From Phoronis australis (taxonomy: Eukaryota > Animalia > Phoronida), in the NCBI GenBank assembly GCA_002633005.1, contig NMRA01000754.1:1-64000 (forward strand): a stretch of 64,000 bases of DNA, in the 5' to 3' direction. Position 1 is the stretch's first letter. Each line of letters opens with the position of its first letter. Below, piece after piece: positions 1 through 14,800 of this stretch. The position numbers and the translations under genes were made by a program. Below the pieces are notes generated by a model. That model was not told the origin of the DNA, searched no databases, and saw only the letters and a list, made by a program, of their open reading frames with translations.

Positions 1-837
1 AACTTTTTGCAAAGTTGCTTCTTAGAGAACGAAAAATATTGAATGTAAACTTTTTCACGTTACTATGTGTTGTCAAGTAATAGAAATTTAAAATCAATTT
101 CGTAAGTGCCATTTCGCGGCGAACTGATTCTTGGCAACCCTGTTGCTCCGGTGACCGGGCAGCATTGAGCACAGGGAGTGAGGATGCATTGCTTTGAGTT
201 CGAGAATATTGTTTTGTTATAAAATCAATGTGTATGTATGTTTTAACGGCCATCAGGTGGATTTCAGTTTGCTGCTAAGCGAATGTATTCAGCGCGCTGC
301 CAGTAGCCACAGCAATTGCTTCCATGTTTTGATCTGAGTTTCACACTGGGTCGAGGAGGAAAATACACTAACAGATCTGACAAGATTTTTCGGTTAAATC
401 CAACAAATGTCTCGTCACATCAAAGGTTTGATAGGCGCCGTCACAGATTAGAGTGAGCTAGTTGCTATTCACGGGCTTGACCGAGTGTGTAATGATTGAG
501 ATAATTGCGGTCGTAAACCAACACCCCCGGCCTGTTTAGCATACAAGTTTCAATGTAAAAATGAACAATAAGTAAGGGGAGTGACCAAAAAATTTGAAAA
601 GTATATTTTGTCCGTCATCGAATTTATAAAATCGAAGAATTATAAGAAAAATTAGCAAATGCGATCTCTTCAGCAGCGACGTTGGTGAATTGATAAGGAA
701 GGGTTAGTCAATCTGGCTAAGTTCACTTAGGCGTTGGGTTGACTAAACCCCAAATGTTAGCGTAGGAGTTGCCTCGTGTAAAACGCTACTTAACATGAAC
801 ACAAGACATAATGCTTACTACTCCACAGAGGAGAGAA

Positions 838-1050
838 GGCAGTGTGGCCTAGTGTGATGGTGCTCGCTTACTTTACTCGAGGTCGTGGGTACGAGTCCAG
901 GGCCACACTGCAAGACCCTTGAGTCAGGTTTCTAGCTTCTCAGCTCGGTTTTAACTAAATATTAATAAAGCACAAAAATGGTTCCAGGTGATCAGTGCAA
1001 TGGGCTTACATGCGCGGCCTGCGCCTGAATATATATATTATTATTATTAC
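838..1050 (+). mobile_element. tRNA-derived SINE
   Basis: Pol III A-box-like TGGCCTAGTG and B-box-like GGTACGAGTCC at tRNA-like spacing, followed by an unrelated body and an (AT)n/(ATT)n tail at ~1030-1048. Confidence 0.6.
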
Positions 1051-1099
1051 TCCACAAATACAGTCGTCTAGTGTTGGTCTCGAGACATACAGATGGGTC

Positions 1100-2400
1100 A
1101 AATCGCATAAGTGGTTTTGGAATATCGACACTGGTTAGAGGGACAGAACGCTCTACTCGGACCCTTTCACAGTAGAAGTAGGGGAAGGCGGATTCTCGAG
1201 TTTTTTGTGCAAATTAGGCACGGTTTCTGCAAACCCAAAGTCCGGTTCCTGTAACTGCGGTACAATCTCCAAACCATAGCTATGCTTAACTTGAAACTCT
1301 ACAGATGGTCAATATGTCGCCCTGCAACAGCTTCACCAACAACGAACTCTGAAACATAAAGAATTCTCTAACTTGCCACCAGAACAGCGAGAAGTCTTGG
1401 AACTTGCCAAAAGGTTGTTTTGTCTTTGACAGGAACTTTCCAGAGCGACCCTACATCAGATGAGGGTTACAATCTATGTTGCATTACATTTATGTGTTGG
1501 AGCTCATGGGACCTTTTGCGATTCGGAGAAGAGTGGTACTCTATAAGTATGATTATGACGGGTAGGTGAATGCATCCTACGTTGGTCGTTGGGAATCATG
1601 GGAATTGTCGACTCCACATTTTATGCATACGAGTAAGCAGTTGCGGCTGAGCCTTACCTCAGAACTCGTGAAAAAGAGGACCATTTATCCACCATTACGC
1701 GCCGCATTGCTTGCCATGGAAATGGCTGATACTGTATGTTTGCATCTCGGAGTGAACTTCACCAATATTTGTTACTACACTGATAGTCGTAACTTGAACA
1801 ACCGATCATCTGTACAATTCTACAACAAAGTAGCTAACGTTGTTGAAAGGGTCTCTACGCATTTCAAAACCCTCACACTGGTTACATATTCGTCTGCAGA
1901 AAATCCAGCAGACCATAATTCCCTTGAACTTGCCTCGAGCGAGCGTATGCTCGAGTGTTGGATTGTAGGGCTAGCAACAACCTGTGTTCCTCAATCTCTA
2001 AACTTATCCACTGTTTGACCTAGACCAAGAAAAGGTTTTCAAGTTGGGAGCCGATCCTGGTTTCTGCTAGTACCATCTTGAAGAGAAAGACAAGGCAAGT
2101 TAAGCAAAAGAACCCAGAGTTGTTGGACCTTAGAAAGGACAGCGAGACTGCTTTGATCAGATGTTACCAGGAATCTATATTCTCCAAACAGACCCATTAC
2201 CTACAAGATGGAGTGCCTATCCTGACACCCAGTTCTCTTGTCTCCATATCTGGATGAAAGTGATATCCTCACAGTAGGGGGTACGCTGAATCTGAATGCT
2301 CCACCTACAGAACTTCGTAACCCGGTTATTCCCCCAAGCTTAGCTCATGTGGCCAGATTGGGTGTTCGTAATTGCTCACTGAGGTCTTAGTTTTATTGAA
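1100..2400 (+). mobile_element. Degenerate BEL/Pao LTR-retrotransposon pol fragment (RNase H region)
   Basis: ORF 1566-2018 has decayed BEL/Pao motifs: TIYPPLRAALLA (cf. TIPRLEL.AA), YYTDS, KVANVV (cf. FVANRV) and ENPAD. Flanks are broken by stops and frameshifts; boundaries approximate. Confidence 0.7.
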
Positions 2401-3055
2401 GGAGATGTCAGAGCTGGTGGCTCCAGTGACGGATTTAGATAGGGGAAAAGGGGTGCCATACTCCCCCCCCCCCTAAAACTAACCCAGATTCCATTTGGCA
2501 GTTCGGAGGTGCGAATGTATGACGGGCAAAATCCTGGCTAATACTCTGCCCTGCTACCCCCCAGCTCAAAACCCTGTATCCGGCCTTGATTGGGTCATCG
2601 TATCAAAGAGACTTTGGTCTCCATTTCGGTGATTCATTAACTGCATGGCGTGTTGGAAACTGCATGACAAAACTGAGTGTTGGAAGATTGCTGACTTACC
2701 GGAAAACCGTGTTACTCCTGGACCCCCATTCAGGGAAGCCGGAGCTGTGAAATGTTTCCACATTTGGTTTTTGATATCGCGTCGGGAAATTGTATCGAAA
2801 AAGACTTTCCCTAAGTAAAGGATCAAACAGTTCCCATAACACAGTCACATCACACACTCATCATCACGTGACTTATCTGTCAGTTGTGCAGGTTGAAGCA
2901 AGGCTCGATAATATGCACCACTTCTGATTTCAGACATAAGAACAGTTATTTTGTCGTCATGCATGTCGTGAGCCACAAAAGATGTCTCCAGAATTTCGAT
3001 TCGTTCATAGAGATAGAATGTTCGCTGAAACCGTGATTAAATCATTCGTTGTACA

Positions 3056-3213
3056 CCTGGGCTGAGTTGCATAAAGCTTCAAAAGTTATCCGCTGGATAA
3101 GTTTGATTGTTGCATGACGTCAGGTGCATTGTTCAACAATAACAACGTGACGCGTGATAATGCGACGTCATTGTTGCTATACGGCGTATAACTTTTATGC
3201 AACTGGGCCCTGG
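3056..3213. mobile_element. Short MITE with terminal inverted repeats
   Basis: Left end cctgggctgagttgcataaa and right end tttatgcaactgggccctgg are imperfect reverse complements ~155 bp apart. Confidence 0.55.
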
Positions 3214-4810
3214 TCGCCAACGTGAAGTGACGATGCTATTGGATTCATTCCTACTTATGAAAAGAATCTTACGTTGACACCCTAAGCGGTCGAGATTTGG
3301 CAACTCGACCGGAATTTTCGGATTCAGATCAAAGACACCATGCTGTTGTGGTTAATTAAATCGCCTCAGGCTGTTGATGTTCTCGTTCTCTAGCTAATGA
3401 GACCATCATAAACGCATTAGGGACGACAATAGTATTTTTAAATATTCGTTTTGAAAGTTTTTAAATGGCATATTTAAATAGGTCGTGAAAAGAACAAGTG
3501 ATAAGTTTTTTGAATTTTGAAAATTGGACAAGGAATTTGACTTTGTTTAATATTGCAATAATGTGTTTCTCATTAATTTTGCTGGGTGTGCAATATATTT
3601 TGGTCAATTACTAATTGGAATTTTTGAGGTAGAAGCCAAGTGTCATCGTATAATTCTTGGCATGTAAAATAGAGTGCAACAACTGTTACCGAAAGGTCCA
3701 ACATAGACTCATTGGGCGGATATTCGAAAAACGACCTTTCAAAAAAGTCAAACCAAACCAAACGTACGCCTGAAAGCGTTTTTACTCTGCCGCGGTACAT
3801 CCGAACAGTGCGGACATGCCACAAGTTTGCTGTACAAATTCGCGCGTGGAACAAAAGCGTGGAAATCGATACTTCTACGCTTACCCACTTCAGTCTGGGA
3901 TTGTCCAATGTGTAAGTACTCTAGAAAATGTGGAGAGGTTAAGAAAATTACATTCAATTTCTTAAAAGTAAGCATGTCGAATGTAATCCCCGATGTGCGG
4001 CGTTGACAGCTAGACTTTTATTTGTTTATTTCACCGCCTTGTGCAAGTAGCTTTCGACGTTTTTCTTTGTGTACACGTGAATTATTATCTAATGGCTTCT
4101 GCAATTACCAATAGTATTCAAAAGGAATTTTATATTGCTCTGAGATCCGGAGTTTCAATTTTATGAGATTTTCTACCTTACGTCAAGGCCAGGGGTCAGA
4201 CGTGTCACCTACTTTTGATGCAGTTGAACAGATCTATGTCTTTCTTGAAGCATCTGAAATGCTAGTCATACGCAAGTGATTTCGTGGAAACAATATTTAC
4301 ACTGTTTCTGGGCTTAGAAGGGGAACTGGTTATCGCAAAATTAAGAGTTTTTATGAGGTTTTCAACGCAAGAACCGTCAAGCGCGTCCTCATACAAGCTG
4401 GGTCATACATACGTCACACTCATGTCCACAGAGCGAAGAAACTTTCAATTTGAAGTCACCTTTCTTCTTATTTCTCGTTTTTGGACTATCATTGTGATGT
4501 GCAGTGCCATAAAGGACAGTTAATGAGAATATCAATTTTACCAGTTGTCAAAATAAGGGAAATGGTGGTTTTAAGAACTAAACTAGGTCACATATTTATT
4601 AAAGCCCCCGTAAACCATGTCTCGTTGTTAAAAGACCAACTTTTACTGCATCCGCACGTGCTCGTCAAAAACAAGAGCAGCGTGGTGTTATCGTTACCTT
4701 GAAATTGTTTACTGGTACAGTAAACCAGTGCATCCGTACATACTGTCGTGGCAAATAAGTGAGCTCACTGTGAAGCAAAAACGTCAGACGGGGATTTTCT
4801 TATCAAGCCT

Positions 4811-4965
4811 ATATATACAGGTTATCCCACATACATAGGAATACTGCTGCCATATCATATCGAGAATTCATTTCATCTGGGAATGTCCCAACGAGACCGA
4901 AGGTCGAGATAGGATATTGCAGTAATATTCCTATGTATGTGGGATAACCTATTTATCCCATATAT
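4811..4965. repeat. Long-hairpin (foldback) element A
   Basis: Perfect 25-bp inverted repeat, 4819-4843 vs 4926-4950; internal cgagaccgaaggtcgag; followed by atttatcccata. Confidence 0.8.
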
Positions 4966-5675
4966 GCGGACTTATTAGTTTGCATCATCACCGCAAACTT
5001 GCTGCCGTGTGCTCCGGCTTGTTATATGACGCCATATGTATGCCAATACGGTACCCAAGTTGGTCAAGCGACAAGGCTATCTGTGAAAGTGTTGAATAAC
5101 CAGTGAAGATTTATTGCCTGATAAATTGATTAGATTTTTCATTTTGTGAAATATGCAAGTTAAAGCACTAAACCATTTAAAATATCAAAAGTTTATCGAA
5201 AACTTAGAAACAATCCATCCGCGAATATGAAAGTTGAAACATTCCTTGAATAGTTGTGCCGCAACTTCGTCGTTTTAGCTTCAATGAATTTCTTAGTTTT
5301 CTTTACGTGTTTTTGTTTCTTAGCTTTTGGACTGTAAATGGTATGAGAAACGTTTTCCTTCGTTGATCACAGCATTGGAAAATAACTGTGGAAACTGTGC
5401 TGATTGGCTGAACTTGAGATAACAATTACGATGCTTTCGTTTTCGTACATGTCAAACAAATTAATTGCATACAACAGTTATGCGTGCTCCATCGTAACGT
5501 GAGTGTGTGAGCTGGATTGAGTTTGATGCAAATGTGTCTGGGGACATCATAGGAAGCCCGGCAAGGATAACGTTACACTCGTTGAAACCAAATTAAAAAG
5601 ATCGCGGTAAGTGCTTATCGCATTGTTTTCGTGACGGCTGATACTGAAATCGAAGTCTCACTACTTTTGTTCCAG

Positions 5676-5849
5676 TCAATGGGATGTGGTCAAGCTGGAG
5701 ATCTTGGGGGTCTTGCTCAGTTACGTGTGACGTTGGCGTAACTACACGAGAACGAAAGTGCGACAATCCCGTGCCAGCATTTGGAGGCCTCGCTTGTATT
5801 GGAAAAAGTTCAGAAAATCGCACATGTGATACACATAAAAACTGCCCGG
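5676..5849 (+). CDS. TSP1 exon 1
   Basis: ttccag|TCAATGGG...TGCCCGG|gtaag, 174 nt; VNGMWSSWRSWGSCSVTCDVGVTTRERKCDNPVPAFGGLACIGKSSENRTCDTHKNCP. Confidence 0.9.
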
Positions 5850-8800
5850 GTAAGAAAACGATTGCAGTCTTGCGCTATTGGAACATTGTGCTGAACATGC
5901 CTCGGTATAAATGCTTACTTTTGGTTAAGAAATCCTGAAATACTGTTAAAAATATGACCAGATGCATTACGGATGAACAGTTAAGTTGGCGAAATGAAAT
6001 CTTGTGACCGGAGTTTAAACCATTATTCATCTGTCCGATACCAAACATGGCCTACAATAAAACGGATAATTTCAAGATTGGTATATGGGTATATATCGAT
6101 GCAAAATTTATGTGTTTTACTGCTGTCTATGTCTACGATCGGAGAAATGCTTAAACCTGACAAAAGCAAGGGCATCACACTCTTATCATTACTTTGAAAT
6201 TGTTCATAAAAAATCACTGACGTACGCATTACCTTCGCAAACGAACATTATGCGCCGTGTCAAACAGATACGTGTTCCTGATCTGAAACAACAACGACTT
6301 GATACTTTCTTCTCAAACCCACAAATAAGTTCTCATCTGATAAAGGAACATTAAAATGCTAAAGTTGTAACTATGAATCAAAGACGGACTTTGTTTTTCG
6401 ACAGAGGGCGCCGGTTTACAACTCCACCGCAATAATTACAGTTTTTTAGTTTTCATCACAGAAAAACCGCAAAATTGAAGATAGAAACGTGACTGTGTGA
6501 ATGTATCTGGCGCCTTGTTGGGGAGCAAATCAACGATGAGGTTACTTTAGTTAAAAACGTACCTTAGAATGTGACAATTGCTTATCACATTTTTTTCGTG
6601 TTGGCTGATACATGTACTGAAATGCACTTTTGTTCCAGTCAATGGGAAATGGTCAAGCTGGACGTCGTGGGGGTCTTGCTCAGTAACGTGTAAGGTTGGC
6701 GTAACTACACGAGAACGAAAGTGCGACAATCCCATGCCAGCTTTTGGAGGCCTCACTTGTCAAGGAAAAAGTTTAGAAAATCACACATGTAATACAAATA
6801 AAAATTGCCCGGGTACGAAAACGTTTACAATTTGTAGTAATTTTCTACGACACCACCACTAAATATCCTATCACAAGAGACTCTGATTTCCTTTTAAAAA
6901 ATCCAAAATCCATCATTAGTTCATTAATGAAATACTGAAATGAAAACTGCCACATCTTGAATTTGATGTTTGTAGTCTCTGTAGGACCATTGTGCTTAAT
7001 ACGTCTACGTATGAATCTTTATTGTTCGCTAAAATCGTAAGCTAGTGTTCAAAATCTGACCCGTTCCATTTTGTTCGAACGTTTAAGTTCACTAAAAAAT
7101 CTTTTGGTCGGAGACTAAACCATTATTCGTCTTCCAGAGAGTTGACATAGCCTACAATAAAACGAATAATTTCAAGAGTGGTGTGTGCATACATCAATTT
7201 CAGTTTTATGTCTTTCACTGTTATCTAAGTCTACGATAGGAGAGTTGGTTAAGTGTGACAAAAGCAAGGGCATCGCATTCATATGTTTTCCTTGAAATTC
7301 TTTACAATAAACCAATGACGAACACATTACTATCGCAACTTGGTATTATGCACCGTACCAGACAGATAAGTGTTCCTGATCTGAAGCAATAACGACCTGG
7401 TACTTTCTTCTCAAGCCCACAAACAAGTTCTCATCTGAGAAAGGAACAATAAAATACCAAAGTGTAAGTCAAAGTCAGACGTTGTTTTTCGACAGAGGGC
7501 GCCGGTTTACTACTCCACCGTAATAATTACGCTTTTTTAGTTTTCATCACAGGCAAACCGTAAAATTGAAAATACAAACAACAGAACGAGGTCAATGTTA
7601 ACGTGACTGTGTGAATATATCTGGAGCATTGATGGGGAGCAAAGCAATGATGAGGATAATCTAGTTAAAAACGTACCTTAAATTGTGACAATAGCTTATC
7701 ACATTGTTTTCGTGTTGGCTGATAGTGAATTGCAGTTTTTTTCCAGTCAATGGGAAATGGTCAAGCTGGACGCCGTGGGGGTCTTGCTCAGTAACGTGTG
7801 AGGTTGGCGTAACTACACGAGAACGAAAGTGCGACAATCCCATGCCAGCTTTTGGAGGCCTCACTTGTCAAGGAAAAAGCTTAGAAAATCGCACATGTAA
7901 TACAAATAAAAATTGCCCGGGTACGAAAACGTTTACAGTTTGGAGTATTTTTGTGAGAAACCACCACTAAATATCCTATCACAATCGAGTCTGATTTTTT
8001 TTTTAAAAATTCCAAAATCCATGATTCGTTTATTGATGGAGTAGTGAAATGATGACTGCCATATCTTGAGTTGATATTGTCTTTGTAGGACCATTATGCT
8101 TAATTTGTCTACGTATGAATGTTTTTGTTCACTAAAACCGAAATATAATGTCCAAAATGTGACCTGATACATTTCTAACGAACGTTTAAGTTCATTAAAT
8201 GATCTTGTGATGGGAAAATAAAGCATTATTCGTCTGCCCTAGAGTTGCCATAACCTACAATAAAACAGATAATTTCAAGATTTGTGTGTGTATACATCAA
8301 TGACAGATTTATGTCTTTTACTGTTGTCTGTGTCTTCGATCGCAGAGTTTCTTAACCCAGAAAAAAGCAAGGGCACCGCACTCTTATTATCACTTTAGAA
8401 TTGCCTAAAATGAACCACTGACGTATGCATTACCTTTGAAACTGAACATTATGCACCGTGCCAAACAGACACGTGTTCCTAATCCGAAACAATAGCGACC
8501 TGATACTTTCTTCTCAAACCCAGAAATAAGTTCTCATCTCAGAAAAGAACAATAAAATGCCAAAGTTTTAACTGTGAGTAAAAGTCAATTGAAAGTTGTT
8601 TTTTGACAGAAGGTGCCGATTTATTACTCCACTGCATTAATTGCGATTATTTAGTTTTCATCAACGCCACAACGTTAAACTGAAGATAGAAATAACAGCA
8701 CGTGGTGGGTGTTAACATGTGTGTATGTGTGACTTGGAATGACTGTGTTGCGAAAATGACTGGCGCCTTGATGAGAAGCAAAGCAATTATTAGGTGACTC

Positions 8801-11800
8801 GTTAAAAACGTAACTTTAACCATGGTAATTGCCTATCACGCTGTTCTCGCTTTGACTGATACTGAAATGCAGTTTTATTCCAGTCAATGGGAAATGGTCA
8901 AGCTGGACGTCGTGGGGGTTTTGCTCAGTAACGTGTGAGGTTGGCGTAACTACACGAGAACGAAAGTGCGACAATCCCATGCCAGCTTTTGGAGGCCTCA
9001 CTTGTCAAGGAAAAAGTTTAGAAAATCGCACATGTAATACAAAGAAAAACTGCCCGGGTACGAAACCGTTTACAATTTGGAGTATTTTTCTGAGACAACA
9101 CCACTAAATATCACAATCTAGTCTTATTTTCTTTTAAAAATTCCAAAATCCTTGATTCGTTCATTAACGAAGTAGTGAAATGAAAATTGCCACATCTTGA
9201 ATTTGATGTTTGAAGTCTTTTTAGGACTATTGTGCTTAATACGTCTATGTACACCTGTATGAATGTTTATTGTTCGCTAAAAGTTTAATATAGTGTTCAA
9301 AATCTGACCCGTTGCATTTCGTACGTACGTTTAAGTTCACTAAAAAATCTTTTGATCGGAGACTAAACAATTATTCGTTTGCCCGACAGTTGACATAAAC
9401 TAAAATAAAACAGATAATTTCACGAGTAGTGTGTGTATACATCAGTTTCCGTTTTAAATCTTTTACTGTTGTCTAAGTCTACGATCGGAGAGTTGGTTAA
9501 GTGTGACAAAAGCAAGGGCATCGCATTCATATGTCTTTCCTTGAAATTGTTACAATAAACCAATGACGAACACATTACCATCGCAACTCAATATTATGCA
9601 CCGTGTCAAACAGATAAGTGTTCCTGATCTGAAATAATAACGGCTTGATACTATCTTCTCAAGACCGAAAATAATCTAATCTGAGAAAGGAACAATAAAA
9701 TGCCAAAGTTTTAACTGTGAGTCAAAGTCAGACGTTGTTTTTGGACAGAGGGTGCCGATTTACTACTCCACCGCAATAATTTCGCTTTTTTAGTTTTCAT
9801 CACAGACAAACCGTAAAATTGAAGATAGAAACAATAGAACGTGGTCGGTGTTAACGTGACTGTGTGAATATGTCTGGCGCCTTGATGGGGAGCAAAGCAG
9901 TGATGAGGTTACTCTGGTTAAAAACGTACCTTAAAATGTGACAATTGCTTATCACATTGTTTTCGTGTTGGCTGATACTGAAATGCAGTTTTGTTCCAGT
10001 CAATGGGAAATGGTCCAGCTGGACGCCGTGGGGGTCTTGCTCAGTAACGTGTGAGGTTGGTGAAACTACACGAGAACGGAAGTGCGACAATCCCATGCCA
10101 GCTTTTGGAGGCCTCACCTGTCATGGAAAAAGTTTAGAAAATCGCACATGTAATACAAATAAAAACTGCCCGGGTACGAAAACGTTTACAATTTTGAGTA
10201 TTTTTCTGAGAGAACACCACTAAATATCCCATCACAATCGACTACGTTTTCCATTTAAAAATTCCAAAATCCATGAATCGTTCATTAATGAAGCATTTAA
10301 ATGAAGATTGCCACATCTTGAATTTGATGTTTAAGTCTTTTTAGGACTATTGTGCTTAATACGTCTATGTATATATAGATTATTACATGGCGAAGTCGTT
10401 ATCCCCCGTTATCTAGAGCCCGAGTGGATTTTGGAGAATTATCGCCCGAGGGGCGTTAGCCCCGAGGGCGATAATTCTACAAAATCCACGAGGGCTCTAG
10501 ATAAGGGGGATAACGGCTGAGAACATGTAATAATCTATTTATACCACATACTAAACGAGAAACATTGCAATGAATCGATCTACCTTTCTCGACTCGCCTC
10601 GGCTTTGTAACTACTTTCTATGTCAGAGGCCCGGGGTCGGAGGTCGTGACCTTTTAAGAAAAGCCGAGCTATTTTTGTCAAATAATACTTATACTCAAAA
10701 CCAATTGGAAATTTAACAAAACAGAAATGAAGTGAATCTCTAAATTAAGGTTAAGCAACTATTATAGCTTAAAACACGTTTTTACACGCTAAGCTTCGAC
10801 CGGGAAATTATCGTCTGCTAAAGTAGGTTACCACTGGTAACTGAATATAATTCTCAAGTCAAAGATCCTGACGACACGATACCTGCANNNNNNNNNNNNN
10901 NNNNNNNNNNNNGCGTAATATAGTGTTCAAAATCTGACCGCTGCATTTCGTACGAATGTTTAAGTTCACTAAAAAATCTTTTGATCGGAGACTTAACAAT
11001 TATTCGTCTGCCCGAAAGTTGACATAAACTCCAGTAAAACGGATATTTTCAAGATTAGTGTGTGTATACATCAATTTCTGTTTTGTGCCTTTTACTGTTG
11101 TCTAAGTCTACGATCGGAGAGTTGGTTAAGTGTGATAAAAGCAAGGGCATGGCGTTCTTATGTTTTCCTTGAAATTGTTTAGAATAAACCAATGACGAAC
11201 ACATTACCTTAGCAGCTCAATATTATGCGCCGTGTCAAACAGATACGTGTTCCCGATCTGAAACAATAACGACTTGATACGTTCTTCTCAAGCCCACAAA
11301 TAAGTTCTCATCTGAGAAAGGAACAATAAAATGCCAAACTTTTAACTCTGAGTCAAAGTTAGAAGTTGTTTTTCGACAGAGGGCGCCTGTTTACTACTCC
11401 ACCGCAATAGTTACGCTCTTTTGTTCTCATCACAGACAAACCGTAAAATTGAAGATAGAAACAACAGAACGTGTTCGGTGTTAATGTGACTGTGTGAATA
11501 TATCTGGCGCCTTGATGAGGAGCAAATCAATGATGAGGTTACTCTGGTTAAAAACGTACCTTAAATGTGACAATTGCTTTTCACATTGTTTTCGTATTGG
11601 CTGATACATGTACTGAAATGCAATTTTATTCCAGTCAATGGGAAATGGTCAAGCTGGACGTCCTGGGGGTCTTGCTCAGTAACGTGTGAGGTTGGTGAAA
11701 CTACACGAGAACGAAAGTGCGACAATCCCATGCCAGCTTTTGGAGGCCTCACTTGTCAAGGAAAAAGTTTAGAAAATCGCACATGTAATTCAAATAAAAA

Positions 11801-14800
11801 TTGCCCGGGTACGAAAACGTTTACAATTTGTAGTAATTTTGTGAGACAGCACCACTAAATATCCTATCACAAGAGACCCTGGTTTCCTTTTAAAAAATCC
11901 AAAATCCATCATTCGTTAATTAATGAAATACTGAAATGAAAACTGCCACATCTTGAATTTGATGTTTGTAATCTCTGTAGGACCATTGTGCTTAATATGT
12001 CTACGTAGGAATGTTTATTGTTTGCTAAATTCGTAAGATAGTGTTCAAAATCTGTCCCGTTCCATTTCGTTCGAACGTTTAAGTTCACTAAAAAATCTTT
12101 TGATTGGAGACTAAACCATTATTCGTCTTCCCGAGAGTTGGCATAGCCTACAATAAAACGAATGATTTCAAGATTGTTGTGTGTATACATCAATTTCAGT
12201 TTTATGTCTTTTACTGTTATTTAAGTCTACAATCGGAGAGCGGGTTAAGGGTGACAAAAGCAAGGGCATCGCATTCATATGTTTTCCTTGAAATTGTTTA
12301 CAATAAGCCAATGACGAACACATTACTATCGCAACTCAGTATTATGCACTGTGCCAAACAGATAAGTGTTCCTGATCTGAAACAATAACGACCTGATACT
12401 TTCTTCTCAAGCCCACAAATAAGTTCTCATCTGAGAAAGGAACAATAAAATGCCAAACTTTTAACTCTGAGTCAAAGTTAGAAGTTGTTTTTCGACAGAG
12501 GACGCCGGTTTACTACTCCACCGCAATAATTACGCTTTTTAGTTTTCATTACAGACAAACCGTAAAATTGAAGATAAAAACAACAGAACGTGGTCGGTGT
12601 TAACGCGACTGTGTGAATATGTCTGGCGCCTTGATGGGGAGCAAATCAATGATGAGGTTAATTTGGCTAAAAAAGTATTTTAAAGTGTGACAATAGCTTA
12701 TCATATTGTTTTCGTGTTGGCTGATAGTGAAATGCAGTTTTGTTCCAGTCAATGGGAAATGGTCAAGCTGGACGTCGTGGGGGTTTTGCTCAGTAACGTG
12801 TGAGGTTGGCGTAACTACACGAGAACGAAAGTGCGACAATCCCATGCCAGCTTTTGGAGGCCTCACCTGTCATGGAAAAAGTTTAGAAAATCGTACATGT
12901 AATACAAATAAAAATTGCCCGGGTACGAAAACGTTTACACTTTGTAGTAATTTTCTGAGACACCACCACTAAATATCCTATCACAATAGACTCTGATTTC
13001 CTTTTAAAAATCCAAAATCCATCATTCGTTTATTAATGAAATACTGAAATGAAAACTGCCACATCTTGAATTTGATGTTTGTAGTCTCTGTAGGACCATT
13101 GTGCTTAATACGTCTACGTAGGAATGTTTATTGTTTGCTAAATTCGTAAGATAGTGTTCAAAATCTGTCCCGTTCCATTTCGTTCGAACGTTTAAGTTCA
13201 CTAAACAATCTTTTGATTGGAGACTAAACCATTATTCGTCTTCCAGAGAGTTGGCATAGCCTACAGTAAAACGAATAATTTCAAGAGTGGTGTGTGTATA
13301 CATCAATTTCAGATTGATGTCTTTCACTGTTGTCTAAGTCTACAATCGGAGAGTTGGTTAAGTGTGACAAAAGCAAGGGCATCGCATTCATATGTTTTCC
13401 TTGAAATTGTTTACAATAAACCAATGACGAACACATTACCATCGCAACTCAGTATTATGCACCGTGCTAAACAGATAAGTGTTCCTGATCTGAAATAATA
13501 ACGGCTTGATACTATCTTCTCAAGCCCGAAAATAATCTCATCTGAGAAAGGAACAATAAAATGCCAAGTTTTAACTGTGAGTCAAAGTCAGACGTTGTTT
13601 TTCGAATCTGATTTCCTTTTAAAAATGCCCAAAGCCACCATTTGCTCATAAATGAAGTGGTGTAGTAAATACTGCCACATCTTGTCTTTGATGTTTGTGG
13701 TCTATCCTGGAATATTATGCTTAATATGTTGATGTATGAATGTTAACTGTTCGCTAAAAATCTTAATATAGAGTTGAAAATCTCACCGGATGCATTGCGT
13801 ATGAATGTTTAAATTAGGGAAATGAAATCTTGTGATCAGATATTAAACCATTATTTTTCTCTCCCATAGTAGACATGGCCACCAATAGACAATTTCAATA
13901 TTAGTGTATATGCTTAAACTTGACAAAAGCAAGGTTATCGCTCTCTTATTATAACATAAAAAATTCCTTACAACGAGCCTTTAACGTACTACGCATTACC
14001 TTAGCAACTGAACTTTATGTACCGTGCCAAACAGATAGGTGTTCCTGATCTGAAACAATAACGACCTGATACTTTCTTTGCAAACCCACAAATGAGTTGT
14101 CATCTGATAAAGGAACAATAAATTTTTTAAGTTTTAACTGTGAATAAAACTCAGTATTGTTTTTGAGAGAAGGCGCCGATTTACTATTCCACCGCATTAA
14201 TTTAGTTTTCATCAACACCAAACCGTTAAACTGAAGATAAAAATAACAGCACGCGGTGGTGTATAAATCATGGAAATTCCTTATCACGCTGTTTTTGCGT
14301 TGACTGACACTGAAATGCACTTTTGTTCCAGTCAATGGGAAATGGTCAAGCTGGACGCCGTGGTGGTCTTGCTCAGTCACGTGTGAGGTTGGCGTAACTA
14401 CACGAGAACGAAAGTGCGACAATCCCATGCCAGCTTTTGGAGGCCTCACTTGCCATGGAAAATATTCAGAAAATCGCACATGTAATACATATAAAAAGTG
14501 CCCGGGTAGGAAAACGTTTGCAATTTGGAGTGTTTTTCTGAGACACCGACACTAAACATTCTACCACTTTCGACTCTGGTTTCCTTTTAAAAATGCCAAT
14601 AGCCACGATTCGTTTATTAATGAAGTAGTGAAATTAATACTGCCACATCTTGAACTTGATTTTTGTAGTGTTTGTTTGAATATTATGCTTAATCTGTCTA
14701 TGTGTGAATGTTTACTGTTCGCTAAATATCTTAATATAGTTTTGAAAATCTGACCTGATGCATTGTGTCCGAACCTTCAAGTAGGCGAAATGAAATTTTG

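Noticed and set aside
838-910. Functional tRNA gene
   Set aside because: A/B boxes are present but there is no coherent cloverleaf; the tail suggests a SINE.
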